Assembly: GCA_965263355.1 (NCBI GenBank)
Contig: CBDHHL010000056.1
Location: 352,001 to 416,000, forward strand
Origin: Leptolyngbyaceae cyanobacterium
GTDB lineage: Bacteria; Cyanobacteriota; Cyanobacteriia; Phormidesmidales; Phormidesmidaceae
Reading direction: 5' to 3'
DNA length: 64,000 nt
A model generated the notes under the pieces. The model was given only the letters and a program-made list of their open reading frames with translations. It did no database searches and was not told the DNA's origin. The position numbers were made by a program, and so were the translations under genes. Positions 54,994-64,000 of the stretch are shown here, piece after piece (position 1 is the first letter of the stretch; each line of letters opens with the position of its first letter).

Positions 54994-56220
54994 ATGGATT
55001 TTCGCGAAAGTCTCAAAATGGCGGTTAAGACTCTAACTGCCAGCAAGCTTCGCAGCAGTCTAACCATGTTAGGCATCATTATCGGCAACGCATCGGTTAT
55101 CTCCATGGTGGGCCTGGGGGAAGGTGGTCGCCACTACATCAATGAACAAATCCAAAGCCTGGGACCAAATATTTTATTTATCGTGCCTGGGAACCGAGAA
55201 ACTCGCCAATTAGGAGGTCTGGAAATTACGCGCAATCTAGTATTGGCGGATGCAGAGGCAATTGCCGAACAGGTTCCATCAGTGGTTGATGTGTCGGCTG
55301 AAAATACGACACCCGGACTGGTGACATTTTTAAATCGCAATGCCAATGCCAGCATAATTGGCACTAACCCAGCGTTTATCACCGTCCGCAACTTCACTAC
55401 AGCTCAGGGACGGTTTATTTCTGAGTTAGATATGCAGCGTACCAGTGCCGTTGCTGTGCTAGGCAATTCTCTGGCTGAACGTCTGTTTGAAAATCAGGTG
55501 CCCCTGGGGCAATCGCTACGGATTAATAACGTTACGTTTGAAGTCGTCGGGGTGCTGGCGGTTCAAGGCTCCAATCTAGGGGTTAATTATGATGAGGCGG
55601 TGATGATTCCGATTACCACTCAGGCTAGTCGAATTGTCGGACGCACGTCTCCCTATGGCATTCAGGTAGGGTTTATCTCGGCTACAGCCCGTAATGCGGA
55701 AAGCATGCAAACAGCAGAGTTTCAGGTTACTAACCTGTTGCGGCTACGCCATGGCATTACTCGGCCTGAAGATGATGACTTTTTTATCCAAAATCAGGAT
55801 ACATTGCTGACCATTGCCGACACAATTACGGGAGCCTTGACAGTAATGCTGGCTGCGATCGCAAGCATTTCGCTTCTCGTCGGTGGCATTGGCATAATGA
55901 ATATCATGCTAGTGTCCGTCCGCGAGCGGACCCAGGAAATTGGCCTGCGCAAAGCCATCGGTGCATCCCAGCGGGATATTCTGATTCAATTTTTGATTGA
56001 AGCCATTATCCTCTCTGCTGCTGGTGGCATCATCGGCACCCTATTAGGCGTCAGCGGCATCGGTCTGCTCAGTCTCCTCACCCCCTTTGAATCTTCCGCC
56101 TCAGTTAGCGCCATCGTCGTAGCCGTAGGCGTCTCCGGCAGCATTGGCTTATTTTTTGGCGTTATCCCTGCCCGTCAAGCCGCTAAGTTAGATCCAATCG
56201 TAGCGTTGAGAAGCATTTAA
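54994..56220 (+). CDS. MacB/FtsX-family ABC transporter permease
   Basis: RSSLTMLGIIIG, GGIGIMNIMLVSVRERTQEIG, LDPIVALR; start at ATG 54994. Confidence 0.93.
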   Translation: MDFRESLKMAVKTLTASKLRSSLTMLGIIIGNASVISMVGLGEGGRHYINEQIQSLGPNILFIVPGNRETRQLGGLEITRNLVLADAEAIAEQVPSVVDVSAENTTPGLVTFLNRNANASIIGTNPAFITVRNFTTAQGRFISELDMQRTSAVAVLGNSLAERLFENQVPLGQSLRINNVTFEVVGVLAVQGSNLGVNYDEAVMIPITTQASRIVGRTSPYGIQVGFISATARNAESMQTAEFQVTNLLRLRHGITRPEDDDFFIQNQDTLLTIADTITGALTVMLAAIASISLLVGGIGIMNIMLVSVRERTQEIGLRKAIGASQRDILIQFLIEAIILSAAGGIIGTLLGVSGIGLLSLLTPFESSASVSAIVVAVGVSGSIGLFFGVIPARQAAKLDPIVALRSI

Positions 56221-56231
56221 AGATATTCCCT

Positions 56232-56948
56232 ATGCCCCCTTTAATCAACCTGCAAAACATTTCCAAAATTTATGGCAGCGGTAACACTGAGGTTAAAGCC
56301 CTATGGGATGTCAGTTTAGGTATTAGCCAGGGAGATTATTGCTCAATTATGGGACCCTCAGGCTCTGGTAAATCCACAGCTATGAATGTCATTGGCTGTT
56401 TGGATCGTCCCACCCATGGTCAATATTTTTTTGATGGTCAGGATGTTGCCCGGCTAGACGATGACACCTTAGCAGTCATTCGCAATCGTAAAATCGGGTT
56501 TGTCTTCCAACAGTTTCATCTACTGCCCCAGCTGAGCGCCCTCGATAACGTTGCCCTACCCATGGTATATGGGGGAATTCCTGCCACTGAACGTCGTGAA
56601 CGGGCTGCCAATGCGCTCCAACGGGTGGGCTTAGGCAATCGTCTGACCAATAAACCCAGTCAGTTATCTGGGGGACAACAACAGCGGGTGGCCATAGCCC
56701 GAGCCATTGTTAATCGACCGCTGCTACTACTTGCTGACGAGCCTACTGGTGCTCTGGATACTACCACTACCGAAGAGGTAATGAAAATTTTTGCCGAACT
56801 AAATCTTGGCGGAATTACCGTTGTAATGGTCACCCATGAACCCGCTGTTGCCAAATTAACAAAACGGGTGGTGTGGTTTCGTGATGGTGAGGTCGTGGAT
56901 GCCCATATGAGTCCTGAAAAAGTTGGCTACGGCACATTAGCAGAATAG
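56232..56948 (+). CDS. ABC transporter ATP-binding protein (MacB/LolD type)
   Basis: GPSGSGKS, LSGGQQQR, LLADEPTG. Confidence 0.95.
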   Translation: MPPLINLQNISKIYGSGNTEVKALWDVSLGISQGDYCSIMGPSGSGKSTAMNVIGCLDRPTHGQYFFDGQDVARLDDDTLAVIRNRKIGFVFQQFHLLPQLSALDNVALPMVYGGIPATERRERAANALQRVGLGNRLTNKPSQLSGGQQQRVAIARAIVNRPLLLLADEPTGALDTTTTEEVMKIFAELNLGGITVVMVTHEPAVAKLTKRVVWFRDGEVVDAHMSPEKVGYGTLAE

Positions 56949-57145
56949 GGAAAATTACGGACACGACCTCAGCAGAATGGCCGAAATTAGGTGGTAGGCT
57001 ATAGGCGTTTGATTTGTATCATTTGATCTTGTCGCTCATTTAACCTTGCTCACAATCAAATCACCTGGATCACCAAACGCCGATTAACAGATAACAAGCA
57101 GTCAGTTATTAGCCAGCCATTAGTCAACTCAAGGGAACATATCAA

Positions 57146-58009
57146 ATGAATTTAGGCCATCGCTATGGGCTATCGTTATTGCTCGCATTGAGTGTGACTG
57201 CGGTTAAGCCAGCCTTTGCCCAACAAACATTTCGCAGCGCTGAAGCAGCCTTAGAACAAGGCGTTATCTATGTCCAGCAAGGTCAACTTGAGGATGCGAT
57301 CGCGGCTTTTCAAAGCGCCATTGACCTCGACCCTAGCCTAGCTGTTGCCCATTACAACCTGGGTTTAGCTTATCGAGAGCAACGTCAAATGCAAGAAGCT
57401 GCTAACGCCTTTTGGCAGGCCACCCAAAAAGATCCTAACTTTACGATGGCCTATGTCAACTTGGGAGCAGCTTTACTCGATGGCGGCAACCTGGAACAGG
57501 CTGAAAGTTATTTACAGCGGGCAGTTACCCTGGAACCCGAGTTGGGCATTAGCCATTACAATCTGGGATTAGTACAACGTAAACAAGGGAAGCTATCAGC
57601 GGCACTCACTTCTTTTTTGTCCGCCGTAAACCATAGCCCTCAGTCACCAGAAGTTCACTATCAGATTGGCCTGATTTACTTACAGCAAAATCAACTAGAT
57701 GGAGCTGTACAGGCCCTTGAAACCGCTATTGCCCTTGACAATAATTATCCAGAAGCCCATTACAACCTGGGTATCACCTACTTTGGTCGAGGTGATTCAG
57801 AACTAGCTCTGGAAAATTTTGACCGGGCGATTCAGCTCTATCCCTCCTTTGGTCACGCCTATTATTCCAAGGGTTTAGCCCTGGTCGAACTAGGGCGCAC
57901 TGATGAAGCCGAACAGGTATTTCAACAGGCGCTCAACCTTTACATCAACCAAGGGCGTAATCAGTGGGTGATCAATACCCAAGCCCAGCTAGATCGCATC
58001 CGCCAGTAG
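57146..58009 (+). CDS. Secreted TPR protein
   Basis: Signal peptide (PAFA) and about 7 TPRs (HYNLG). Confidence 0.9.
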   Translation: MNLGHRYGLSLLLALSVTAVKPAFAQQTFRSAEAALEQGVIYVQQGQLEDAIAAFQSAIDLDPSLAVAHYNLGLAYREQRQMQEAANAFWQATQKDPNFTMAYVNLGAALLDGGNLEQAESYLQRAVTLEPELGISHYNLGLVQRKQGKLSAALTSFLSAVNHSPQSPEVHYQIGLIYLQQNQLDGAVQALETAIALDNNYPEAHYNLGITYFGRGDSELALENFDRAIQLYPSFGHAYYSKGLALVELGRTDEAEQVFQQALNLYINQGRNQWVINTQAQLDRIRQ

Positions 58010-58044
58010 GGGCATTTCCTTACGGGTGCACCGCTAATGAAACG

Positions 58045-58431
58045 CTACTCTAAATTAAAGAAATCCAGTTCAAATGCACGGACCTGACCACTTTCCAAGA
58101 GTGCCAGATTACTTTTTAATTGTCGCCATACTAACCCGGCACTTAAAAATGTTAAGCCAGCGGCGGCGGCATAGGAAAGCCACGTAGGCGTCCCAAAACA
58201 CCCCAAACCCGATGCCAAGAAAATGGCCGTCCCAGTACAGATGCCAAAAAATGGCAGTTGGATATTCAATCCACCTAACTTAGCTACCACCGCTGATGAA
58301 CGGGTTTTATTCCATGCCGCTACAATTTCTTTAAGCACCGCACTAAAGGCCGCACCCGACGTTACTGCAATCAATAGACCAGCCACCATAAAAAAGTAAG
58401 GAGGCGTAAAAAAGTAGTAGTAGTAAGTCAT
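58045..58431 (-). CDS. Hypothetical membrane protein (3 TM)
   Basis: PPYF N-terminus and hydrophobic segments. Confidence 0.75.
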   Translation of the reverse strand: MTYYYYFFTPPYFFMVAGLLIAVTSGAAFSAVLKEIVAAWNKTRSSAVVAKLGGLNIQLPFFGICTGTAIFLASGLGCFGTPTWLSYAAAAGLTFLSAGLVWRQLKSNLALLESGQVRAFELDFFNLE

Positions 58432-58600
58432 GGTTAGACCGTCACATGTAAAGTTCTATTAATGATATTTATTATACGCCCAGATTAAACCTCCAAATCA
58501 CCTGTCCAAACTCAGTCGCTAGCGCTGTGTCCCACCTTATGGCTAGGCTATGTAATCAGAGAGTTCGTTAGCTCTTCTGTCGTCTATTTGGGATTGCACC

Positions 58601-59689
58601 ATGACCCAGGCATCTATTGGTGTGGCTGTTGTTGGCACTGGATTTGGTCAAAAAATTCATATTCCTGGTTTTAAGGCCCACCATCGTACAGACGTGGTAG
58701 CGGTTTATCATCGCGATCGCAACCAAGCTCAAATTATCGCTGAACGCCATGGTATTCCCCATGCTTGCGATACTATCGATGCAATTGTCGCTTTACCCAA
58801 TGTGCAAGCCGTTAGCGTGGCTACACCTCCTTTTGCACACCACGCTATGGCAGCAGCAGTACTCAAAGCCGGCAAGCATTTGTTACTGGAAAAACCTACG
58901 GCTCTCAATGTACAAGAAGCTAAGGAACTCCATGACTTAGCACAACAGCACCAAGTAACCGCTATCATGGACTTCGAGTTCCGATTTATTCCAGCCTGGC
59001 AGCGCTTAGCAGAGCTACTCAAAGAAGAGTATGTCGGTCAAAAGCGGCTGATCAAAATTGACTGGATTGCTGGCAGTCGGGCAAATCCAGAGCGGGCTTG
59101 GAACTGGTATGCCCGCCAAGATCGGGGGGGCGGCGCATTGGGGTCCATTGGCTCTCACATGTTCGACTATGTTGCCTGGTTATTTGGCCCAGTTCACCGG
59201 TTGTCAGCCAACCTAAGCACCACCATTACTCAACGCCCAGACCCAATCTCTGGTGACTATAAGCCGGTTGATTCTGACGATACCTGCAGTATTAGTTTGG
59301 AACTCGTTGATGGCACTCCAGTACAAGTTACCCTCAGTGCCGTAGCCCTAGCTGGTCGCGGACATTGGATTGAAGTTTATGGAGAAAAGGGTACCTTAGT
59401 GCTCGGTAATGCCAATCAAAAAGACTATATTCACGGCTTTACTCTCTTCGGTAGTCAAGCTGGCTCTCCCTTAGTTCAGCTTGATATTCCAGAACGGCTG
59501 GAGTTTCCAAAACGTTACGATGACGGTAGACTCGCCCCATTCATCCGTGTTGTAGATCATTGGGTAGCTTGCATTGACCAACAACAAACCTCAGCTCCTT
59601 CCCTGACAGAAGGTGTTTATTCACAACTGCTGATGGATTTTACCCATCAAGCCCATCGTCAAAAAACTTGGGTGACCGTATCCGATTAA
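58601..59689 (+). CDS. Gfo/Idh/MocA family oxidoreductase
   Basis: VVGTGFG, VATPP, LLEKP, GGGALGSIGSH. Confidence 0.92.
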   Translation: MTQASIGVAVVGTGFGQKIHIPGFKAHHRTDVVAVYHRDRNQAQIIAERHGIPHACDTIDAIVALPNVQAVSVATPPFAHHAMAAAVLKAGKHLLLEKPTALNVQEAKELHDLAQQHQVTAIMDFEFRFIPAWQRLAELLKEEYVGQKRLIKIDWIAGSRANPERAWNWYARQDRGGGALGSIGSHMFDYVAWLFGPVHRLSANLSTTITQRPDPISGDYKPVDSDDTCSISLELVDGTPVQVTLSAVALAGRGHWIEVYGEKGTLVLGNANQKDYIHGFTLFGSQAGSPLVQLDIPERLEFPKRYDDGRLAPFIRVVDHWVACIDQQQTSAPSLTEGVYSQLLMDFTHQAHRQKTWVTVSD

Positions 59690-59797
59690 ACTGCATTAAC
59701 TTAGAGATGACCTCATCAATACCCATGGAGTGATGTCCTGAGTAATGTACATTAAGTATAATTCGTAGCATCTTGAGGATATAGGTCGTCAAAAGCC

Positions 59798-60607
59798 ATG
59801 TCGTCGCAAAAATTTCCCATTACTTCCCTACAAACCCTTAGACGATCTCTCAAGCAGCAGCTAGTACTGCCAGCCTGTGAGCATACCCCTAATGCTACAA
59901 CTGAAAATATGGCTGAACCTGATTCATTGGCCAGCTTGAGTGATCTATTTCGTCAAGGAGGCATCACCCATTCCGAAGGATCCACACCCAATGCTAATGG
60001 CCAATGGTTCATTAGCACAGTCGATGCTAGTGCTGCTCTTAGAAACCTGCCAGGAATTGCCTTCAAGCCTAACTATTGTCTAGTCACCTATCTCTATCGC
60101 ATCAGACGAGCCCATACAAACCATGGCGGTGCCGTCACTTGGGCAATGGCAAATCAACTCAGCACCACTTCTCATCTAGAAGCCGCATTGACTCTGGCTG
60201 GTGACCATAATATGCCCCCATATCCTGAAGGTGCCTTGCTAAACTATATGAACGCCATTACGGGCAACCTAACGCCAGCCTCATTTCTAATTGCGTCAGT
60301 TCTTCAGCGAGAACTCCAAGAATTTGGCCGCTGTGGCCAATTTCACCGTTGGCACCATCACCGTCTAATTGGTACTGTCCCCAAGCAACGTCATTGGCAA
60401 TGGCGTATGGAACAGCCTCAAGATTTAAATCCAATCGTACATAAGCTACCTAACGGTAAGATAGCTGTTGAATTTTACACCTGCCGCGTCGTCCCACCTA
60501 TTGGGATCTTCCGCCACGTTGATCGATACCCAGGCAACAGTTATGTAGCCAAAGCTAGCGACCAGGCTATTGCATCTCCTGTAGAACAGGAATCTAAACT
60601 TGCTTAG
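59798..60607 (+). CDS. Hypothetical protein
   Basis: 269-aa ORF with no recognised motif. Confidence 0.7.
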   Translation: MSSQKFPITSLQTLRRSLKQQLVLPACEHTPNATTENMAEPDSLASLSDLFRQGGITHSEGSTPNANGQWFISTVDASAALRNLPGIAFKPNYCLVTYLYRIRRAHTNHGGAVTWAMANQLSTTSHLEAALTLAGDHNMPPYPEGALLNYMNAITGNLTPASFLIASVLQRELQEFGRCGQFHRWHHHRLIGTVPKQRHWQWRMEQPQDLNPIVHKLPNGKIAVEFYTCRVVPPIGIFRHVDRYPGNSYVAKASDQAIASPVEQESKLA

Positions 60608-60765
60608 TTGTCTGTCAAGCCTAAGATTTAGGATGAGGCTAGTAAAGAGTGAAAAATCAAATAGGATGAAGCGTTACTCCTTATCCTATAGCCCTGGGGA
60701 CATAGCTGACGCTAGTACCCTTTATCGGTGCAGAATCCTAATTTTTAGCGTTGACGCTGCATTAG
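60604..60765. mobile_element. MITE-like dispersed repeat, copy 2
   Basis: Shares tctgtcaagcctaag.t.taggatgaggctagtaa...cctatagccctgggg...gctgacgctagtac...atcctaatttttagcgttgacgc with 14573..14734. Confidence 0.75.
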
Positions 60766-60812
60766 TCAGAGATAAGGATATAACTAACAACTGGTCGGCC
60801 TAGTCAGCTGAT

Positions 60813-61439
60813 TTATCGCAGAAAGCTACTAATAAACCACAGTAAGGTCATGGTAATGATGGCTATGACAGATTCCCCGAGGGGACCATTCGCTGTCAGA
60901 CCTAAGCCTTGCTGACCAATCAGGGTAATGACCAAAACTCCCAGTAAAACCCCTATCAATAAACCACCAGCAGCAAAGGCAAATGAGCGCCAAAACTTCC
61001 GCTCCTTACGGTTGAGAAAGAAAATAGTTGCGGCAACTGAAAATCCTAGGGCAGTGGCAGCACTGTTAGCAACAAACCAAGCCATTGCGGCTAGCACTAA
61101 AAAGACGACCGATGGCCAAAGAATATCGCTTCGACTGGGGGTATCTAACCAATCCTGCAGCCAGTCAGGTGGCTGAGGCGCAGGTAAAGAAGTTCTGGGG
61201 GTAGAGGTTGATGCTTCTGTATTTTTTTCTGCAAATCGAATCCGATCAGGCACCTTAATTTTGCCTTCCTGGCGCATGCGCAACCGTTCCATCAAGATGG
61301 CGTCGTAGGCGGCCTCGATAGCCTCTTTCTGCTGAGGATTGTGTTCACATTCTTCTAGGAGGCGCTTACGAGCGACCTGTACCTCTTCAAACGAAGATGA
61401 TTCATCCAATCCCAACGTTTTATAGTTGCTCTCATTCAT
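60813..61439 (-). CDS. CPP1-like (J-like domain, DUF3353) membrane protein
   Basis: YKTLG...SSFEEVQ...IEAAYDAILMERLRMRQEGKIKVPDRIRF followed by TMs. Confidence 0.88.
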   Translation of the reverse strand: MNESNYKTLGLDESSSFEEVQVARKRLLEECEHNPQQKEAIEAAYDAILMERLRMRQEGKIKVPDRIRFAEKNTEASTSTPRTSLPAPQPPDWLQDWLDTPSRSDILWPSVVFLVLAAMAWFVANSAATALGFSVAATIFFLNRKERKFWRSFAFAAGGLLIGVLLGVLVITLIGQQGLGLTANGPLGESVIAIITMTLLWFISSFLR

Positions 61440-61709
61440 GTCGACACCTGGTATGTACGGTGGCTATTACGACGCTTACAACGATGATATAGCATACACC
61501 TATGGTGAACAGTGCGCTCCGTTGCACATCAAAAACCATCATGGCCTATATCAATCACCAGTTTAACCATCCTGACAAAAAAATTAAGTCAAGGATGACA
61601 GAAATGTCAGATAACTTTTTAGAAGTTTCCTTGCAACCCATGGTTGCATCCTTATGATTATTGGAGATTCCTGGCAGCGCTGGCAGCAAATCTTTGAGAA
61701 CGTACTCAG

Positions 61710-61941
61710 ATGGTGCTGTACACAACGGATATGCACTACCGATAAATCCAAGATATTTCAATAAACTTATAGGTGTGGCATCTTTAGTGCCAATTGACTG
61801 GCTGTATTTAGCAGAATTCTTTGATATGGTGCTGTACACAACGGATATGCACTACCGATAAATCCAAGATATTTCAATAAACTTATAGGTGTGGCATCTT
61901 TAGTGCCAATTGACTGGCTGTATTTAGCAGAATTCTTTGAT
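61710..61941. repeat. Perfect 116-bp tandem duplication
   Basis: atggtgctgtacacaacgg...gaattctttgat at 61710-61825 and 61826-61941. Confidence 0.92.
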
Positions 61942-62186
61942 AAGGTGTGGAAGCCCTGTAAAACTTCTCTGAAGTTATTGAAAACTTGTGAAATAGGACT
62001 TTAGACGGACCCTCACGGGCAGTCTAATCTCAATAGGTTTTATATCGTTGCTGATTTACAGAAAAAATCGATTTAGGATGGATGCAATTTTGCTAAACCT
62101 TCTCGGATTAAATCATCTCGAGGATCAGCAACACCGGATTTATTTTTACCTTTTTACCTAGACTCGTATTTTTTGGTGTAAGGATT

Positions 62187-62909
62187 ATGACCACGGCCTC
62201 TGCCAAAATTTTAGTTGTTGATGACGACCCAGCCATTCGCAATCTTATCCATCGATTTTTAGCGAAGCAGACCTATGAAATGGAATCTGCTGAGGATGGG
62301 AAACACGCGTTGGCTATGTTTGAGCAGTTCAATCCAGATTTAGTCATCCTGGATGTCAATTTACCTGACGCAAATGGCTATGACCTGTGCAAGGAAATGC
62401 AATCCCGCACAGGCGTCTTTGTATTAATGCTCACTAGTCGTACTGATGAATCGGACAAAATTCATGGTTTTAATCAAGGGGCCGATGACTACATCACAAA
62501 GCCATTTAGCTTAGGTGAACTTGAGGTTCGAGTCGGCGCTATTTTGAAGCGTCAACGGCCAGTGACCGCTGCTGAGCAGCAGTGTCTGACGTTTAATTCC
62601 TTGGCCATTGATCCCATCCGCCGAGAAGTTACCCTTGAAAGTCAGTTGGTTCCTTTAACAGCTCTGGAATTCGATTTGCTCCACTTCCTCGCTAGTCACC
62701 CCGGTCGTGTGTGGCGGCGGACTGAGCTGATCCAAAAGGTTTGGGATTATGAATATGTGGGTGACCAGCGCGTAGTCGATGTACACATCGGTCAGATTCG
62801 TAAAAAGATCGAGATAGATACCAACCAGCCAACATTAATCCAAACAGTACGTGGTGTAGGGTACAAGTTTGAGCCACCCTCTACCGGTGGGGAACCCGCT
62901 GAAGGATAA
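62187..62909 (+). CDS. OmpR-family response regulator
   Basis: VVDDD, ILDVNLP, KPF, LTALEFDLL, VDVHI, TVRGVGY. Confidence 0.95.
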   Translation: MTTASAKILVVDDDPAIRNLIHRFLAKQTYEMESAEDGKHALAMFEQFNPDLVILDVNLPDANGYDLCKEMQSRTGVFVLMLTSRTDESDKIHGFNQGADDYITKPFSLGELEVRVGAILKRQRPVTAAEQQCLTFNSLAIDPIRREVTLESQLVPLTALEFDLLHFLASHPGRVWRRTELIQKVWDYEYVGDQRVVDVHIGQIRKKIEIDTNQPTLIQTVRGVGYKFEPPSTGGEPAEG

Positions 62910-63015
62910 GTGGGTGAGTAGTGTTATTGGTGTGTAACATTGTTTGACTTAACCGTCTTACCTGGCCCGTCTTACCTGACTGAGTGACTCAATGACTAAC
63001 GTTTGGGATAGCGCC

Positions 63016-63053
63016 TAAGCACTACAGAACTTTTCTGTAGTGCTTATTTTTTT
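63016..63053 (+). terminator. Intrinsic terminator after the response regulator
   Basis: taagcactacagaa / ttctgtagtgctta followed by a T-run. Confidence 0.75.
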
Positions 63054-63073
63054 CCACCCACGGCTCACCTGCT

Positions 63074-63103
63074 AAAAAAAGGCCTTCGCTGCGCGAAGGC
63101 CTT
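63074..63103 (-). terminator. Intrinsic terminator after the HetZ-related gene
   Basis: ggccttcgc / gcgaaggcc preceded by A7 on the plus strand. Confidence 0.75.
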
Positions 63104-63136
63104 GGACGTGCACTCAAGGAAATGACTCGGGAAAAG

Positions 63137-64000
63137 TTACTGTTCTACCTTAGCTGCGGATTTAGCTACAGGCTTGATTGAACGGTTGGTGTTCCGAAGT
63201 TTCCAGGCACTAGATACGATTTGGCTCCAGCGTCGCTGTACCCGCTTTGGAGTCCATCCAAGCTGCTGAGCGATGTCAGTATCTGAAGGAGTAGAACGCT
63301 GGGGGTCCTGCATTTGCTGTTGTTTAAGTGCTAGTAAATGCTGCTGATCGGCAGTTAATTCAGCAATAAATGCCGTCCACTCTTTAGGGGATAAACCTAG
63401 GTTTTTATCTAAGTCAGCTCCTAACCATTGGTGAACGAGTTCCCAGTTGTGGGATTGGGCAAATTTTTCCACATGGTATTTGAATCGCTGCTGCAGGTAA
63501 TCACGCTGTCGTGGTGTCAGACTGAGCACTTCGTCAATTTCAGACGCTGCCATGTCTTGCAATCGTAATGCCAGGTAATCGATACAGGCAGGTTGATCCT
63601 GTTCTTCCAGATATTCGACTAACTCCTGGATGATGCGATCGCGTAGCACAGCTTCCGCCGGATCAGTGACATCAGCCACCATCTGCTCACGAATTTGCTG
63701 CAGGGCTGACGACCGAGAGTCTGCATCATCACTTTTGGGTGAATCCACGGCCATCTCAATGTCAACACAGGTCTCTGCTGGCAGACGCTTGGCAAAACTT
63801 TGGGCACGTAAAACTAGTAATTGTTGATTATAACACCCCGGTAGTGAAATCCGACGCTTGGCATACTGTTCGGTGAAGGCCATATACTCAGCTAACTCCA
63901 ACCGGGTTCTGGGCGTGTAGTCAGCTTCGAGATGGTTTTCCCGACGAAATGCTTTAAGAACTTCAATATAAAAACTTTGGAGAAAGTCTTCTAGTAGATT
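63137..64000 (-). CDS. HetZ-related protein (5' part outside the window)
   Basis: Frame is open to the window edge: LEDFLQSFYIE...LAEYMAFTEQYAKRRI.LPG..QQLLVLRAQ...LTPRQRDYLQQRFKYH...WELVHQWL. Confidence 0.8.
   Translation of the reverse strand, partial: NLLEDFLQSFYIEVLKAFRRENHLEADYTPRTRLELAEYMAFTEQYAKRRISLPGCYNQQLLVLRAQSFAKRLPAETCVDIEMAVDSPKSDDADSRSSALQQIREQMVADVTDPAEAVLRDRIIQELVEYLEEQDQPACIDYLALRLQDMAASEIDEVLSLTPRQRDYLQQRFKYHVEKFAQSHNWELVHQWLGADLDKNLGLSPKEWTAFIAELTADQQHLLALKQQQMQDPQRSTPSDTDIAQQLGWTPKRVQRRWSQIVSSAWKLRNTNRSIKPVAKSAAKVEQ

Noticed and set aside
58601..59689. Biliverdin reductase bvdR
   Set aside because: Only generic Gfo/Idh/MocA motifs; not recognisably BvdR
60600..60803. 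67-aa ORF
   Set aside because: Coincides with the MITE-like repeat
61555..61861. Short ORFs on both strands
   Set aside because: They overlap the tandem duplication in a divergent promoter region and have no protein-like features
61710..61941. CRISPR array
   Set aside because: Only two contiguous 116-bp copies, no spacers and no cas genes

Overview
A 64 kb piece of a cyanobacterial chromosome. Many HIP1 GCGATCGC sites, glgC, a CPP1-like gene, a HetZ-related gene and a PEP-CTERM gene fit a filamentous Leptolyngbya/Leptothoe-type organism (inference). Left to right: (i) a divergent pair of clan-CD proteases (Tat-signalled caspase-like protein, TPR-CHAT); (ii) a frameshifted THUMP RNA methyltransferase, an EEP-family hydrolase and a GT2; (iii) a ~12 kb signalling island with two AAA-like/STAND ATPases (WD40- and wHTH-fused), a pseudo-receiver, an FHA-PAS histidine kinase plus response regulator, a candidate 27-aa membrane microprotein and a Ser/Thr kinase-NACHT-TM protein; (iv) a Wzx/Wzy polysaccharide locus (three sulfotransferases, a pyruvyltransferase, GT4s, wza, wzc, fcl) with a gammaproteobacterial-type metK-ahcY cassette inside it; (v) mostly housekeeping genes (dinB, ilvC, gatA, glgC, MacB-type ABC transporter, OmpR regulator). 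Non-coding structure includes CTAG-bounded MITE-like repeats, a GTAG-REP pair, an 18-bp palindrome in the EPS promoter region and a perfect 116-bp tandem duplication. I saw no rRNA, tRNA, CRISPR array or transposase. All family calls come from motif recognition by eye, not database searches.
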